From the human T2T-CHM13v2.0 reference genome, Homo sapiens: 64,000 bases of DNA. This document shows positions 28,040 through 41,335 of this stretch, in pieces; the stretch's first letter is position 1, and each line of letters begins with the position of its first letter. A program made the translations under genes and the position numbers. The stretch lies in NCBI RefSeq assembly GCF_009914755.1, contig NC_060930.1; one strand, written 5' to 3'. Under the pieces are notes generated by a model that searched no databases, had not been told where the DNA came from, and was given only the letters and a program-made list of their open reading frames with translations.

Positions 28040-28238
28040 TTTTTATTTCTGATATATCTATTATGGATGAATACTTTTATAAAATACAAAATAAAGTGCT
28101 TGGATGCTGTGGCAATTTGTCAGTAGCACATACAAGTTTGTAAGTGCTTGTTCTAACGTTCTGTACTTATTCAGAGAAGTGATGCAGTTAACTCATGGGC
28201 CAGGCCAGGTCCATGGACCACACTGTGAGTAGCATTCA
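28040..28238 (+). mobile_element. hAT-Charlie DNA transposon remnant
   Basis: Terminal GGTCCATGGACCACACTGTGAGTAGCA resembles Charlie/MER-type ends. Confidence 0.55.
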
Positions 28239-28589
28239 GTCTTGGCCTGAGGGTCACACTATTCTAAGACTCATCCTGTAAAAACTACCATGTGATGCAA
28301 GATGTGCTCTCTCCTGTTTCCTAGAGCAGAATAGTTTTAGATCGACAAGGGAGGAAACAATTTAAACTTGTTTCTTATAGAACAGGTGCTGAAAGCATCT
28401 GTCTTTGTTGGAACCCTGAGTCACTGTGATCAAAGCGTGATGATGTACAGCACTCAGGTGAGAAAAAGAAACAAACTAACCCACGGGGTAGGAAACAAAT
28501 CCACTAAATGGCTGCTCAAAATTGGAAAAGAGAATCACAACTAAAAGTATGGGTAAGTTAGAAAAAAATGGAAACATTTTATTTTAAAA

Positions 28590-28715
28590 TTCATTCATTC
28601 ATTCATCCATCCATCTATTGTCAAATATTTGGGTACCTACTCCAGTCTGGGTGTTGGACATATAACAATAAATGAAACTGATAAAGGTGATGCTTTCGTG
28701 GACTTTATGTAGAGA
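28590..28715 (-). mobile_element. L2 3' end
   Basis: (TTCA)n followed by CAAATATTTGGGTACCTAC. Confidence 0.7.
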
Positions 28716-28879
28716 GCCTGAAGATGGTTACTAGAAAAAATGGGCATTGAAGATTTTAAAAGGCAGATTTTCTCCAGAAAAGCCTCCTTTATGGCGGTCT
28801 AGTAGAATAAAAGAACTAATCCCATCAAAATTGGAAAATATTGCTTGATGAAAGAGATTAAGAAAGAGCATAAGCCTGC

Positions 28880-29600
28880 ACTTGTCAGTTACAAATCAAT
28901 ACTACTTAGGAAAAAACAATTTAAGGAGACTCATTACTACAATGGATTCCAAAGCTAAGAGTAAAAGTTTCTACACAAAAAAGAGGAAAACGACTACAGA
29001 ACCAGAAGGGCCACTTAATAACCATGTTACAAAAGATGGTTTGAGACCAAAGAGAAGCATAGAGAGGATCAATAACATCTAGTTAGATTTCCGTATTGAT
29101 GAAATTCACAACTCTACATTTTCTTTTGAAGCTAATCAGGCAAAAATATTAGAAAAATAGTTATAAGATCATAGGCTGCTCTAAAACTAAAAACCTGGGT
29201 ATGAAAATAAATTCTTAGGCTCCTAAATTACCCACCCAAGAGTTTAGACATAACTGAAGGATGACATGAAATTTTTAGCCATCACGTATAATATGCAGGA
29301 ATCAATAGCCCCTGGGCACTGACTGATTAGCTGAGGAGTGGCAGATTGTCAGAGGGACTTCCATTTATAAGATCTCCAAACGATGCCCAGGAACTGCAGT
29401 GAGAGAATCTCCCTTCCACAGCTGGCCAGGTAGTGGGGAAAATAACAGAGAAACAGAGAAAGCTCAAGGAAGCACCATGATTTAGAGGGGAGGATGTGTC
29501 TGACCTGTTTGTTAGACGTCATTAAGGCATAAAATTATAACTATCCTTTTTAAGGTTCAAAGAAGGTTACTCATACCTGATGAATACAGACTTACATCAG
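28880..29600 (+). mobile_element. CR1/L3-clade LINE ORF2 relic (pre-RT and early RT)
   Basis: Colinear decayed motifs KSFYTKKRKTTTEPEGPL, HPRV (29233-44), EEWQIVRGTSIYK, PRNCSERISL, VVGKITE, KEGYSYLMN match CR1 KxFYxY..KRK..VGPL, HPRVL, EDW..ANVTPIYK, PGNYRPVSL, VPGKIME, GxSCLTN. Confidence 0.78.
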
Positions 29601-29654
29601 CCAATCTTTTTTTGAGATAGAGTAGTGAACTCTTTGTTACATCAGCGTATTAGA

Positions 29655-29787
29655 GACTAACTAGAATGTAAGTTCCATGAGAGCAGAGATTTTTGTCTGA
29701 CTTGTTGCCAGGGGCTGTATCTCCAGCACCTAGAACAGAACTTTGCATATATTAAGTACTAAACTAGTATTTGTTGAATAAATTAAA
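29655..29787 (+). mobile_element. L2a 3' end
   Basis: CTAGAATGTAAGTTCCATGAGAGCAG, CCAGCACCTAGAACAG and TATTTGTTGAATAAAT. Confidence 0.85.
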
Positions 29788-30569
29788 CAGGCCTAAGGAG
29801 AGTCAAGACTCATACTTCAGCCAAGAAATAGAGGTCCAGCAAAGTCAGCAAGAACAATAGGTGGAAACTTGTCCAGAGGAGGCAGGTAGATTAGGAAGCA
29901 GTAGGTGGGTTCCATAGATTTAAGTAGGCAGGAACCAGAGTGCAAGAGAGTTGAGAGTCAGCTAGGATTTCAGCCCTCTGACCTGAACACACACATCTTA
30001 AGCTTTACGTTGTTGGGTCCTGCCCATAGGTGTGGACAGTTTGGCTCAAAGGGCTTGAATGTTCCTGGAGCAGGTTGTATGTCTCAGATGAGATCTGTCT
30101 CTGTGTGGGGCAGAAGCAGAAATATCTGCCTTGTCTTATACACATGGAACAAGTAATTATACACAAGTAATCCCTCATGAGGCAGAGCTAAAACATACAG
30201 TTCTAGACACAGTTCTAGAAAAAACAAAAACATAAATAAAACCAGTTTTTCACCAGAATTCATTATTTAAGGGAAGTTAAGGGTACCAGTTGTATCTCAG
30301 GGAGGGCCATGAGGTGACAACATTATGTTCTGCTATTAAGCATCCCTGGATGATACTCTAAGAGAAATAATACTGGTTTGGATGGGCCACTGAAATAAGC
30401 TAGGGTATAGTAAGTAGCAGTTCCTGACTGCAGATGTAAGCTCTTTTAGAAGGAACACATAGCGAAGGAGGAATAAAATGGCAGTAACAATAGTAACCCA
30501 TCAGTCAGCAGTGAAATGGAAGCCTGCCCTGTCCTGAGACTGTGAAAATTGAACAATGATTTGTTGCTT

Positions 30570-30730
30570 GCCTTCATGCCTCATTTACATTATTTTGTTT
30601 GATTCTCACAATAATCCTAATAGTGGATATCATTATATTTCAAAAATGAGAAAACCAGCTAAAAAGTGACACAGCTGGGATTAAAGTCGATGTTTGCACC
30701 ACACCAAAACCACTGGCTTTTCCACTATAC
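30570..30730 (-). mobile_element. MIR fragment
   Basis: TTTGATTCTCACAATAATCCT, ATGAGAAAAC and TTTCCACTATAC. Confidence 0.65.
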
Positions 30731-32504
30731 TTCATTGTAATTGCTGATCAAACTGTTGAAGCTAAAGACAAAGGGAGAATCTCGCAAGCAACTAGAGAGA
30801 AGTACAAGAGATTCTTAATAAGACTTAGAGCTGACTCCTCATCAGAAACCATGAAAGCCAGAAAGCAGTGGAATGCTAATTCAAAGTGCTGAAAGATGAA
30901 AAACTGTCAATCAAAAATTCTATACCCAGCAAAACTATCCTTCAAAAATGATCAAGAAATTAAGACATCTCCAAATAAACAAAATCTGAGAGAGTTTGCA
31001 CTACTAGACGTGCCCTACAAGAAATGTTACAAGGAGGCCTTTAGGCTGAAATGAAGGGACACCAGAAATTTAATCCACATGAAGAAATTAAGAACACTGG
31101 TAAAGGTAAATAATTACATAACAAATTATACAAGACAATATTAATGTATTCTTTTGGTTGTAAGTCCTCTTTTTCCTATCTGATCTAAATGACAACTACA
31201 TAAAACAATAAATATAAATGTATGTTCATGAGAACATATGCACAAAGATGTGATCTGTGACAATAGTAACATAAAGTGAAGTATGGAGCTGCACAGCAGC
31301 AAAGTATTAGTATGTAAATTTTTGAAACACAAAAACTGCCAAAACTTATTAAGGAAGAAATAGGAAATCTAGATTTTTCAAAAAAAGAAAACTCAGGACA
31401 AGATTTCTTCACTGGTGAATTCTACCAAATATTTAAAAAAGAATTAACAACAGACATTTAAAAATACTTCAATAGAAGAGGAGACTAAGTTAGAACACTT
31501 CCTAACTTAGTCTAGGAGACCAGTATTACTACAATTCCAAGCAAGACAAATACATCACATGAAAAGAAAACTACAGACCAGTATCTCTTGTGACTATAGA
31601 TGCAAAAATCCTCAACAAAATACTTGCAAACAATCCAACAGCATGTTAAAAAGATTATACACCATGGCCAAGTGGGATTTATCCTAGGGATGCTTAGTTG
31701 TTTCAACATATGAAAATCAATCAATGAAACACACCATATTAATAGAATAAAGGGGCAAAATCATAATCAACTTAGAGAAAGCATTAGAGAAAAATCCATC
31801 CCTTTCATGATTAAAAAAAAAACACATAGAAAACTACTGAAAGTAGAAGGAAACTTCCTCAATATGATAAAAGGCATCTATGAAAAACCCACAGTTGGCA
31901 TCACACCCAGTGGTGAAAGACTGAAAAGAAAACTTTCCCCCTAAGGTCAGAAGCAATCAAGGTTGTCAGCTCTTGCCAATTTCTATCAAAATTTCAGCTG
32001 CCTTTTTTTCTTTTTTTTTTGCAGAAATTGACAAACTGATCCTAAAATTCATATGGAAATTTGAAGGATTCAGAATAGCAAAAACAATCTTGAAATAGAA
32101 CAAAATTGGATTACTTACAATTCATGATTTTAAAACTTACTACAAGGCTACAGTAATCAAGATGATGTGGTACTGGCATAAGGATGAGCAAATAAATCAA
32201 TGGAATAGAATTGAGGGTCCAGAAATAAACCCTCACACTATAGTCAATTGATTTTCAATAAGACTGCCAAGACAATTCAATAGGGAAATAATAGTCTTTT
32301 CAACAAGGGTTGCTGGGACAACTGGATATCCACATGCAAAAGAATAAGTGTTGATCCCTACTTAACAACGTATACAAAAGTGAACTAAAAATAAATCACA
32401 GACCTAAATATGAGACAAAACTATAAAGCTATTTGAAGGGGTGTAAATCTCTGTGAACTTGGGTTAGGAAATATTTCTTAAATATGACATAAAAAGCACA
32501 AGCA

Positions 32505-32845
<341 letters not shown>

Positions 32846-33784
32846 TTATAGTTTTTAAAATTAAAACTTTGGTACATCAAAAGACACTACCAAGAGTATG
32901 AAAAGACAACCCACAGAATGGGAGAAATGTTTGCAAATTCTATATCTGATAAAGGTTTAGCATCTAGAATAAATATTTTTAAAAACCTCTTACAACTCAA
33001 CAAAAACAACCCAATTCAAAAGAGATGAATAGACATCTTTCTAAAGGTAATACAAATGACTAATAAGCACATGAAAAGATGTTCAACATCATTAGTCATT
33101 AGGGAAATGCAAATCAAAACAACAATGAGATACCACTTTATACCCCCTTAGGATGGCTAGAATTTATTTAAAAAGGAAAAATAACAAGTGCTGGTGAGGA
33201 TGTGGAGAAACTGGAACCCTCAAACATTGTTGGTAGGAATGGAAAACATTGCTGGTGCAGCTGCTGATAAAAACAATTTGGCAGTTCCTCAAAAAGTTAA
33301 GCACAGAGTTACCACATGACTCAGCAATTCCATTTCTAGGTATATGTCCAAGAGAATTGAAAATATACGTTCATAAAAAAGTTATACACAGATATTCATA
33401 ATAGCCCCAAAGTGGAAAGTAACCCTTCAACTGATGACCTGAAATGAAATATTGTAATGGAATATTATTCCATTATCCATTCCATAGAATGGAATATTAT
33501 TCAGCCATAAAAAAGGATGAAGTCCCAATGAATGTTACAACATGGATGAACCTTGAAAGCATGCCAGATGAAAGAAGGCAGAACAAAAAGCCGCAGATTA
33601 TATGATTCTATTTATATGAAGCATCCCAAAGAGGCAAATCTATAGAGACAGAAAATAGACTACTGGTTGTCAGGGGTTGAGAGGGAGAAATTCAGCGGTA
33701 TGGGGTTTCTTGATAAGGCCATGGAAATGTTCTGGAATTAAATAGTGGCGATGTTTGCACAAGATTGTAAATATACTAAAAACC

Positions 33785-33937
33785 AGCTGGGTGTGTTGGT
33801 GCAAGCCTGCAGTCCCAGCTACTTGGGAGGCTCAGGTGGGAGGATCACTTGAGCCCAGGTGTTTGAGGCTGCAGTGATCTATGAGTGTGCCACTGGACTC
33901 CAGCCTGGGCAGGAGTGAGACCCCATCTCTTAAAAAA
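33785..33937 (+). mobile_element. Alu right monomer (FRAM or truncated AluJ) inside L1
   Basis: Single arm with GGAGGATCACTTGAGCCCAGG and short A tail. Confidence 0.88.
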
Positions 33938-34114
33938 ATCACTTTACTAAATTATGCACTTAAAATTATTAAAATGATAAGTTTTATGTTATGGAAATTT
34001 CATCTCAATTGAAAAATTTTAATGCAACACTTTGCATTGAACTTGATGGATTGTAGGCAAATTTGAATATTCAGGTCCTCTGGCTACTGCTGGAGAATGG
34101 ATTGCTGAGGGTGG

Positions 34115-34290
34115 CTCTTTTAATTTATCTTAAAATCAGAATTTAAAATAAATACAATGATGAGGCCAAGTTAGATTATATTTGATTGTATACCAACAGT
34201 CATAAATAATAATTTTAGATTTTTTTTTGGGTGGAGGGGCCCATGAAGGCAAAAGTGCCTGGAGACCACTGCAGTCATAACGTGGCACTG
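34115..34290 (+). mobile_element. MER91-family hAT-Tip100 fragment
   Basis: GGGGCCCATGAAGGCAAAAGTGCCT and AGTCATAACGTGGCACTG. Confidence 0.75.
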
Positions 34291-34550
34291 GCTCCAGGAG
34301 CAGAGGTAAAGTGATATAGATGCATTTGAGAGATGTCTAGACGATAAAAACTGATAGGTTTGGTGTTGGATGTGGGGATTACACAGCTGGAACCATCCAA
34401 ATGGTTCCAGCATTCACCAAATGGCGGTGTCTGCTGCTGAGATGGGAAGCATCGGGAGAAGACTGAATTTGGGGAACAAGGATGAATTCAGTGTGGCCAC
34501 GCTTAGTCTGAGGTGTGTCCGTGGTGCTGGAGGATGCAAATGGACAACTG
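34291..34550 (-). mobile_element. L2 fragment
   Basis: GATGCATTTGAGAGATGTCTAG and GATGAATTCAGTGTGGCCAC. Confidence 0.6.
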
Positions 34551-35914
34551 TGTGTAAACCCTATGTGGTCAGATTAGCAACTTAGCTCTCCACAACTGGG
34601 ACATGAAAATTGCTTTACTAAACAGAAGCTTCTCTTGATATGGCATTCATGATGCTGGAATTATACCTGTCCTACATTTATCATAGTAATCTAAGGTCTG
34701 GGAGCTGTTTGGAGATATCTGAAGAAGCATCATTCTTTTGCTGAAATGTGCAAACTCTACCAGTTCTGATTATATTTTGCAAGATGTGGGGAAAAAATGT
34801 TGAATTAAAAATTTTTTTAAAAAGAAAGAGAAGAAAAACAAAAACAGTTATTCACCCAGCTCCTTTTTGCACATTTAGGCAGATAAATACCATGAATACT
34901 GAAGCATAAACAACAAATTATATTAAACAAGCCATGCTACGTACATCTCCATTGGAAACACATTAGAAAATGAAACTCAACAGCTGCCAAATGTACGAAA
35001 TGATCAGATCAGGAGGAAGTGAATGTCTTTTTGAAGCTCTCCAAAAGGATTTTGTAACTGAAGCATTAAAAAAAAAAAAACAGAGATAATATGCATTTGA
35101 CAGTGACCTTAGAAACATCTTAAATATCTTTTGACATCTTCAGTTCATGTTTCAGAAAAACCGTTGTTTCTTCAATTATATCTGATAATGTGGTACATTT
35201 TGTAAATTACAGAGAAACCATGGCTTTTGCAAAACGCTTATGTATAGAAAAGATATGGCACCCGATTTAGTCATTTTTGTAATAAAATAAAACCTGACCC
35301 AACATATCATAATAAAAGAGCAACTGAAGTAGACCAGATTAATCTGTCCCCGAGAAATGCCCGACTCATCTTTTTCCTGAAGCATCAGCAGAAGTGTGGT
35401 TTTCTTTTGTAAAATTAACTCCACATTAAGAGTCTTTTATCTTTAAATTTCTTCCTGGCAATTATTAATTTGGGAGATCAACCAGAGCCATAAAAATCTC
35501 CATGCATTTAGATCTAACCATCGCTTTTATTCCTTTTGACGCTGATGCCTGGGGTAATGGTCAGGCCAAAAACAATTAAGCAGAATGTAGGTCAGTTCAC
35601 CAGGTGATAAATTTACCCATCCTTTGGATCCTCACTGAAGTTTCTGAGGCTAACACAATGGCAGGTACTATTTTGAGCATAGATGAAAGAAAAGGATCTT
35701 CAAAGAACGTGACTGCAGAATGCCCAGCGTGTAGTGAGCACATGCTAGAGAGGCCTGCAGCAAGGGGCGCTCAGCTTCAAGAGAAGCCTGCTGTCCCAGA
35801 AGCAGCTGGGAAACTCAGAGGCTCCATCTGCCAACGTGGCTCTTTTTAAAAGCAGAAGGAGAGAATGCATAGTGGAAAAGACTGACTGATTTTTGAGTTT
35901 GACTGTTTTGTGGA

Positions 35915-36050
35915 GAGCATTGGACTGGGAGTCAAGGGCTAGATTCCAGACCCCGCCAGGCCCCTAAGCTGCTGTGTGTATGTAGCAAGCATTTTGCCTC
36001 TCTGGGCCTCAATTTCCCTCATGTGTATATGAGGGTGTTAGTTGATCTTT
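35915..36050 (+). mobile_element. MIR fragment
   Basis: GAGCATTGGACTGGGAGTCA and CCTCTCTGGGCCTCAATTTCCCTCAT. Confidence 0.75.
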
Positions 36051-36137
36051 CAGGTGCACTTCATAGGCATCCATGAAAATCCTGATGGTCTAAGAATCTG
36101 CAATACTTTCTATTAGACGTTTATTTTTTTCAATAGG

Positions 36138-36580
36138 ATAACAGGCAGAATAATGGCATCCCAAGTATATTCCCCTCCTAGTACCTGCAACCTGTGAATA
36201 TCTTTCCTTACATGACAGAAGGACTTTGCAGATATAATTAAGGATCTTGAGATGGAGAGATGACTCTGAATTATCCTAGCAGGGGCAGTGTAATTGCAGG
36301 GATCCTTACAAGAGGGAAGCAAGAGTGTCAGGGTTAGAGAGAGAGAAGAGATCTGAAGACACTGAGCTGCTAGCTTTGGAGATAGAAGCCAACACATGCA
36401 GCTGGCCTCTGGAAGCTGGAAAAGGTAAGGAAATGGATTCACCCCTAGAGCCTGCAGAAGGCAGTTCTGTCACCCCATTCGAGACTTCTGACTTCTAGAA
36501 TGGTAAAATAAGAAATGTGTGTTGTTGTAAGCCTGTTAGTTCGTAGTAATTTGTTACAGTAGCACTAAAAACCAGATACA
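36138..36580 (+). mobile_element. MLT1D-like MaLR LTR
   Basis: GGCAGAATAATGGC, GACTTTGCAGATATAATTAAGGATCTTGAGATGG and TAATTTGTTACAG. Confidence 0.88.
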
Positions 36581-36847
36581 CCTAGCCTGCAAGAACTTGA
36601 GTTTCTGCATCTTCCTTTCTGGTAGTGTGGTTAAGTAGTGCAGTAGTAGCTTGGCCTGCTAGAGTCCATCCATCCTTAAGGAAAGGTTGTTTGTTTGCAG
36701 GAGAGATCGGAAACCACCTGAGAGGATGAGCAATGGGCAATGGAGGGGCACGAAACTCTCAGCCAAAGAAGACATCTTTTTGTTTACCTAAAGCCAGGGA
36801 AGTCTATGAAGGTCCCTTCTCTGCACAAACAGGGGCCCTTAAGTGGG

Positions 36848-36990
36848 TGATTTGCACCAAAGGCTGACACAGTGAAGGTGGCTCCATCGACAGTCCTACC
36901 TTGGTCAGGTTTGTACAGCATCAGTTGGAACAGGAAGAGCAAGAGCAGTAGAAAGGGAACTGCAAACTTGGTGTGGCTGCCACAGGAAAC
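36848..36990 (+). repeat. Left arm of long inverted repeat
   Basis: 36860-36980 is the reverse complement of 37833-37954, about 109/122 identical by hand alignment. Confidence 0.97.
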
Positions 36991-37822
36991 ATTCCCATTC
37001 GGGAATGAAATTCAGAAATTGTAGACAGGCAGAGAGACAGGCAGAGACTATACCTGGTTCATGTATCAGTGTCAGAAAAGGTCTGTTCTGGCAGGCGCAG
37101 AGTGCATACTGAGATGGCCAACACAAATGGGGAGGAACAGTACAAGGAAATACGAGAAAATGGACCAGACAGGAGAGACATAATAACCTAGTACTACTCG
37201 CTAAATGGCTGCAATAATGCTTTCATGAGAAGGGATCAATGGTTAACACCTGGAAGTATTTTAGTTTTATCACTGTAGTCATTATTTTATAGGTTCATTA
37301 TATTTAGACGTGGAATGCTTCGGTTAACCTCCAGTGCAGTTCATTTAGAAGTGCGTGTGCTGTGATCTTTTCCACTGGCTCAATCTTTTGTATTTATAAA
37401 GCTCTGGATCTATTCTGCCCTTTGTTTTGTTTAGTAGAGGCATCTTAACCACGTAGACCCGAATAACGTGAGTTGTTTTCAAGAAAATGCCCTAATTAGG
37501 CAGATGAGGTGAAATGACACCCACCTAAGGGATCAAGACTGTTTTTCTTGTCAGGCTAGAAAGTTTGACCAAGGCTATTTCCAAGGCTGCGTAGAACACT
37601 GGGGTGTGTGCAGAAAGTGGGGAGGCTGGGGAGAAGTGGCTGGCAGGGTGTGGGGAGGAATGTTGCTGCAGAGGGGCAGCAATTGAAGCAAAATCCGAAG
37701 TGACTACCGGGTTCTAGCAAGGAAAACAGTCCAGTACTGGGTTGTTATCCACGTGGGCCAGGCAAAGATAGGGCGTCAAATGAAATGGGGCAGAAAGCAG
37801 CCAGAAAGAGGAGGGTCTTGAA

Positions 37823-37967
37823 GTACCCTGCAGCAGCCACACCAAGTTGGCAGTTGTATTTCTATTGCTCTTTCTCTTCCTGTTCCAACTGATGCTGTAC
37901 AAATCTGACCAAGGTTACGACTGAAGACGGAGCTACCTTCACTGTGTCAGCCTTAAATGCAAAGTCA
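37823..37967 (-). repeat. Right arm of long inverted repeat
   Basis: Includes a 30 bp perfect complement of TTTGTACAGCATCAGTTGGAACAGGAAGAG. Confidence 0.97.
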
Positions 37968-39054
37968 GGCTGCAATGTTGGAGAGTGAACCTTGCACGTG
38001 GCCTTTAATTTGGTTCTAGTGTTATGGTTGTGGGCAGGCTGGGAGTACTAAGAGGGCTCAGGGGAAGGGACAAACAATTTTTTAGTTCAGTGTACCAACA
38101 CATGCAGTGATCACGGAACAGGTGTTCAGTAGTAACTTGTTGATGGATAATACACCTGAGTAACAGAAAGCCAGCTTAGGGTGTGTCCGTGTACACTGAG
38201 TTGGTTTGAGACACCAGGGCAGAGGCCCAAGGAAGATCTCTAGCTAAGGATTTCTTGAGGCCCACCTGGCCTAATGCACTAAATGATTAAACAGTCCTAT
38301 GTACCAGCTGTGGCTGTCAAAGAAACATTTAGTGGTGTTGCCCTGGAACTGTCAAGGCTGATGGCATTCACAAATCTTCCCAAGAGAGTATCCCAACAAC
38401 TCTTGTTCTAGCAAAGAAGACTCCACTATTTCCTGCATAGCCACAGTGTCCAGAATAACATGCCCCCAGGGAAGAAGGGCCCACCAAGAGAACTCAGATT
38501 GCTCACCCACCCACGCTTTGGACAGATAGACAGGAAACGTTCATCTATTGAAGGCAACACTTGGCAGAGTGTATCGGAGGGAAGCAAAGATTTCTGGAGA
38601 AATCAATTGATATTTAGTCAACATTTGAAAGTGCTTAGTAAAAGGGCTTAAGCAAAGACTAAAATTTGTTAGTAAGAAGAGCCTTGATTCAAGGAGGCAT
38701 TCCAGAGCAGACTACGTGCTTACACGGGACAAGGAGTGTGTTTGGGATTATTTACATTGCCATCAGATGTTTGCAGGACATCACTGAAATGATTGGAAAA
38801 GGAATGTCAGAGTCTACCCCAAATTGCTTAGATTCTTCTATTGTGTGTAAACATGCGTAGTAAATTCCATTGTTCTTACTGCTTAAGTCTTTGTTAATTG
38901 AGTCTCTTTGTTGGTTTCATGAAGTGCCGAGTAAAAGTACTCTTTCTGGTATTGACAAATATAGGCTCCTGAACTGTGGGTGCTGCGGACTCTCAGATTC
39001 ACTATCCTACTCTTCAAGTGGATGCTGCATTCTCAGGGAGGCACTGTCATACAG

Positions 39055-39290
39055 TGCCATAGCACAAAAGCTTGGCAGAGAACTTGGATCCATGGTTGTC
39101 CCTCCCTCTTCATAGCTTTGTAATGCTGGGCAGTGCCTTCACTTCTCCACGCTTCAGTTTTCTCATTCTTAAAAGGGGAGCTGATATAGTACCTCCCTCT
39201 GGGACGCCTATGAGGAAAAGCTTAGTAGATGCATACAAAATGCCAAGGAAAGTAAGTGGCCAGCTTAAAAGAGGCACTCACTGTTTCCTG
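39055..39290 (+). mobile_element. MIR SINE
   Basis: CTGGGCAGTGCCTTCACTTCTC and CTTCAGTTTTCTCATT. Confidence 0.65.
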
Positions 39291-39300
39291 GTTATCCTTA

Positions 39301-39684
<384 letters not shown>

Positions 39685-40315
39685 CTACTCCAGAGTGGTT
39701 GCTTTGTGGAAGAGTTGAGCAAGACAATGGAGCCATAACTACCAGATACTCAGTAAGCCTTAAGCACCTGTCCCTCTGCTTTCATGGCTTGGCAGCTTTC
39801 AGCATGTTCTCTGGCAAAAGCTGGCCCTATTTTGTAGGAGAGACTTAAACTACCTCCTCATCCTCTGCAGAGCCAGAGCATACCCTGGGGTCTGTGGAGT
39901 GATTAAATATGGAAAATCCAGGAAGGAAAATAATTCTTTTCTTTCTCACCATTGTGAACGTACAGCAGGTGACTTCCCAAACGCAAAAGGGAGCTGATGT
40001 CCACCCTTCACCCCTGCTGACAATATCAGGAGTACAGTGTTCACCTCCCAGGGAAGATGCTGTCCTTTGCAGACCAACAGAGCCCACCGGCTGTGAGGAC
40101 AGGACACTCCCAAGCTGCGGACAGCATCCAGCGCTCGGTGATGGGCAGAACACTTAGCTTTCCATGCCCCAACCCTGATCTTGTCTCAAACAGGCCTTGT
40201 CCTGCTCTTGCAGAGCTGGATGCTGACTTCCTCTTCAGTGGCCCTCCAGGAGTGCCTTGTTCGTGTCCCTCTCCCTCCTGGCAGTGGAGTCCCAAGTGTA
40301 CTCACAGCCAGGTGG

Positions 40316-40333
40316 GGCCACCAGAGGGAAGAC
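40316..40333 (+). promoter_or_regulatory. CTCF-like motif (predicted)
   Basis: GGCCACCAGAGGGAAGAC, one mismatch to CCACCAGAGGGCAG. Confidence 0.35.
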
Positions 40334-40774
40334 AGCAAACAGCCCTGGCTGGCAGGAAGGGCCAGCTCTGCTTCCTGGGGAAGACTGTGCCTTCCTTGAG
40401 AACTCTTCTGAAAGATGATGCATTCTATCTTCTAGAAAGCAGTAGAGCTTAGCCAAAACATGGGAACTTTTCACTTTTTGTCTCCATGGGGCTAATGGGC
40501 TTGAGTGGGAAGAGGCAGATGTGGTGAAGCTCAGCATCAGCCTGGCTGATCCAGGGGGGCTCTTGCTGCCCCCTGGGCCTGTTCCCTGACTCTCCCCTCT
40601 CTCTGCCACTGCCAAACCCACCCCTTTCATTTCAATAACTCCTTAGAGAACTCACCAAGCAGATTCAAAATTCTTACCTCATTTAGCCTGCAGATAATCT
40701 TGTGAACATAGAAAGAGAAAAGAATAGTTACTGGATCGTTTACACCTCACACTCGTGCTAGGGACATGCAGAAG

Positions 40775-41335
<561 letters not shown>

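Noticed and set aside
30149-30219. Short tandem duplications (ACAAGTAAT x2, ACAGTTCTAGA x2); similar CAAGGATGAAT x2 near 59713
   Set aside because: Ordinary slippage duplications
36848-37967. Firm call of the inverted repeat as a DNA transposon or miRNA precursor
   Set aside because: No TSD or transposase remnant seen; an 852 nt loop does not fit a canonical pre-miRNA
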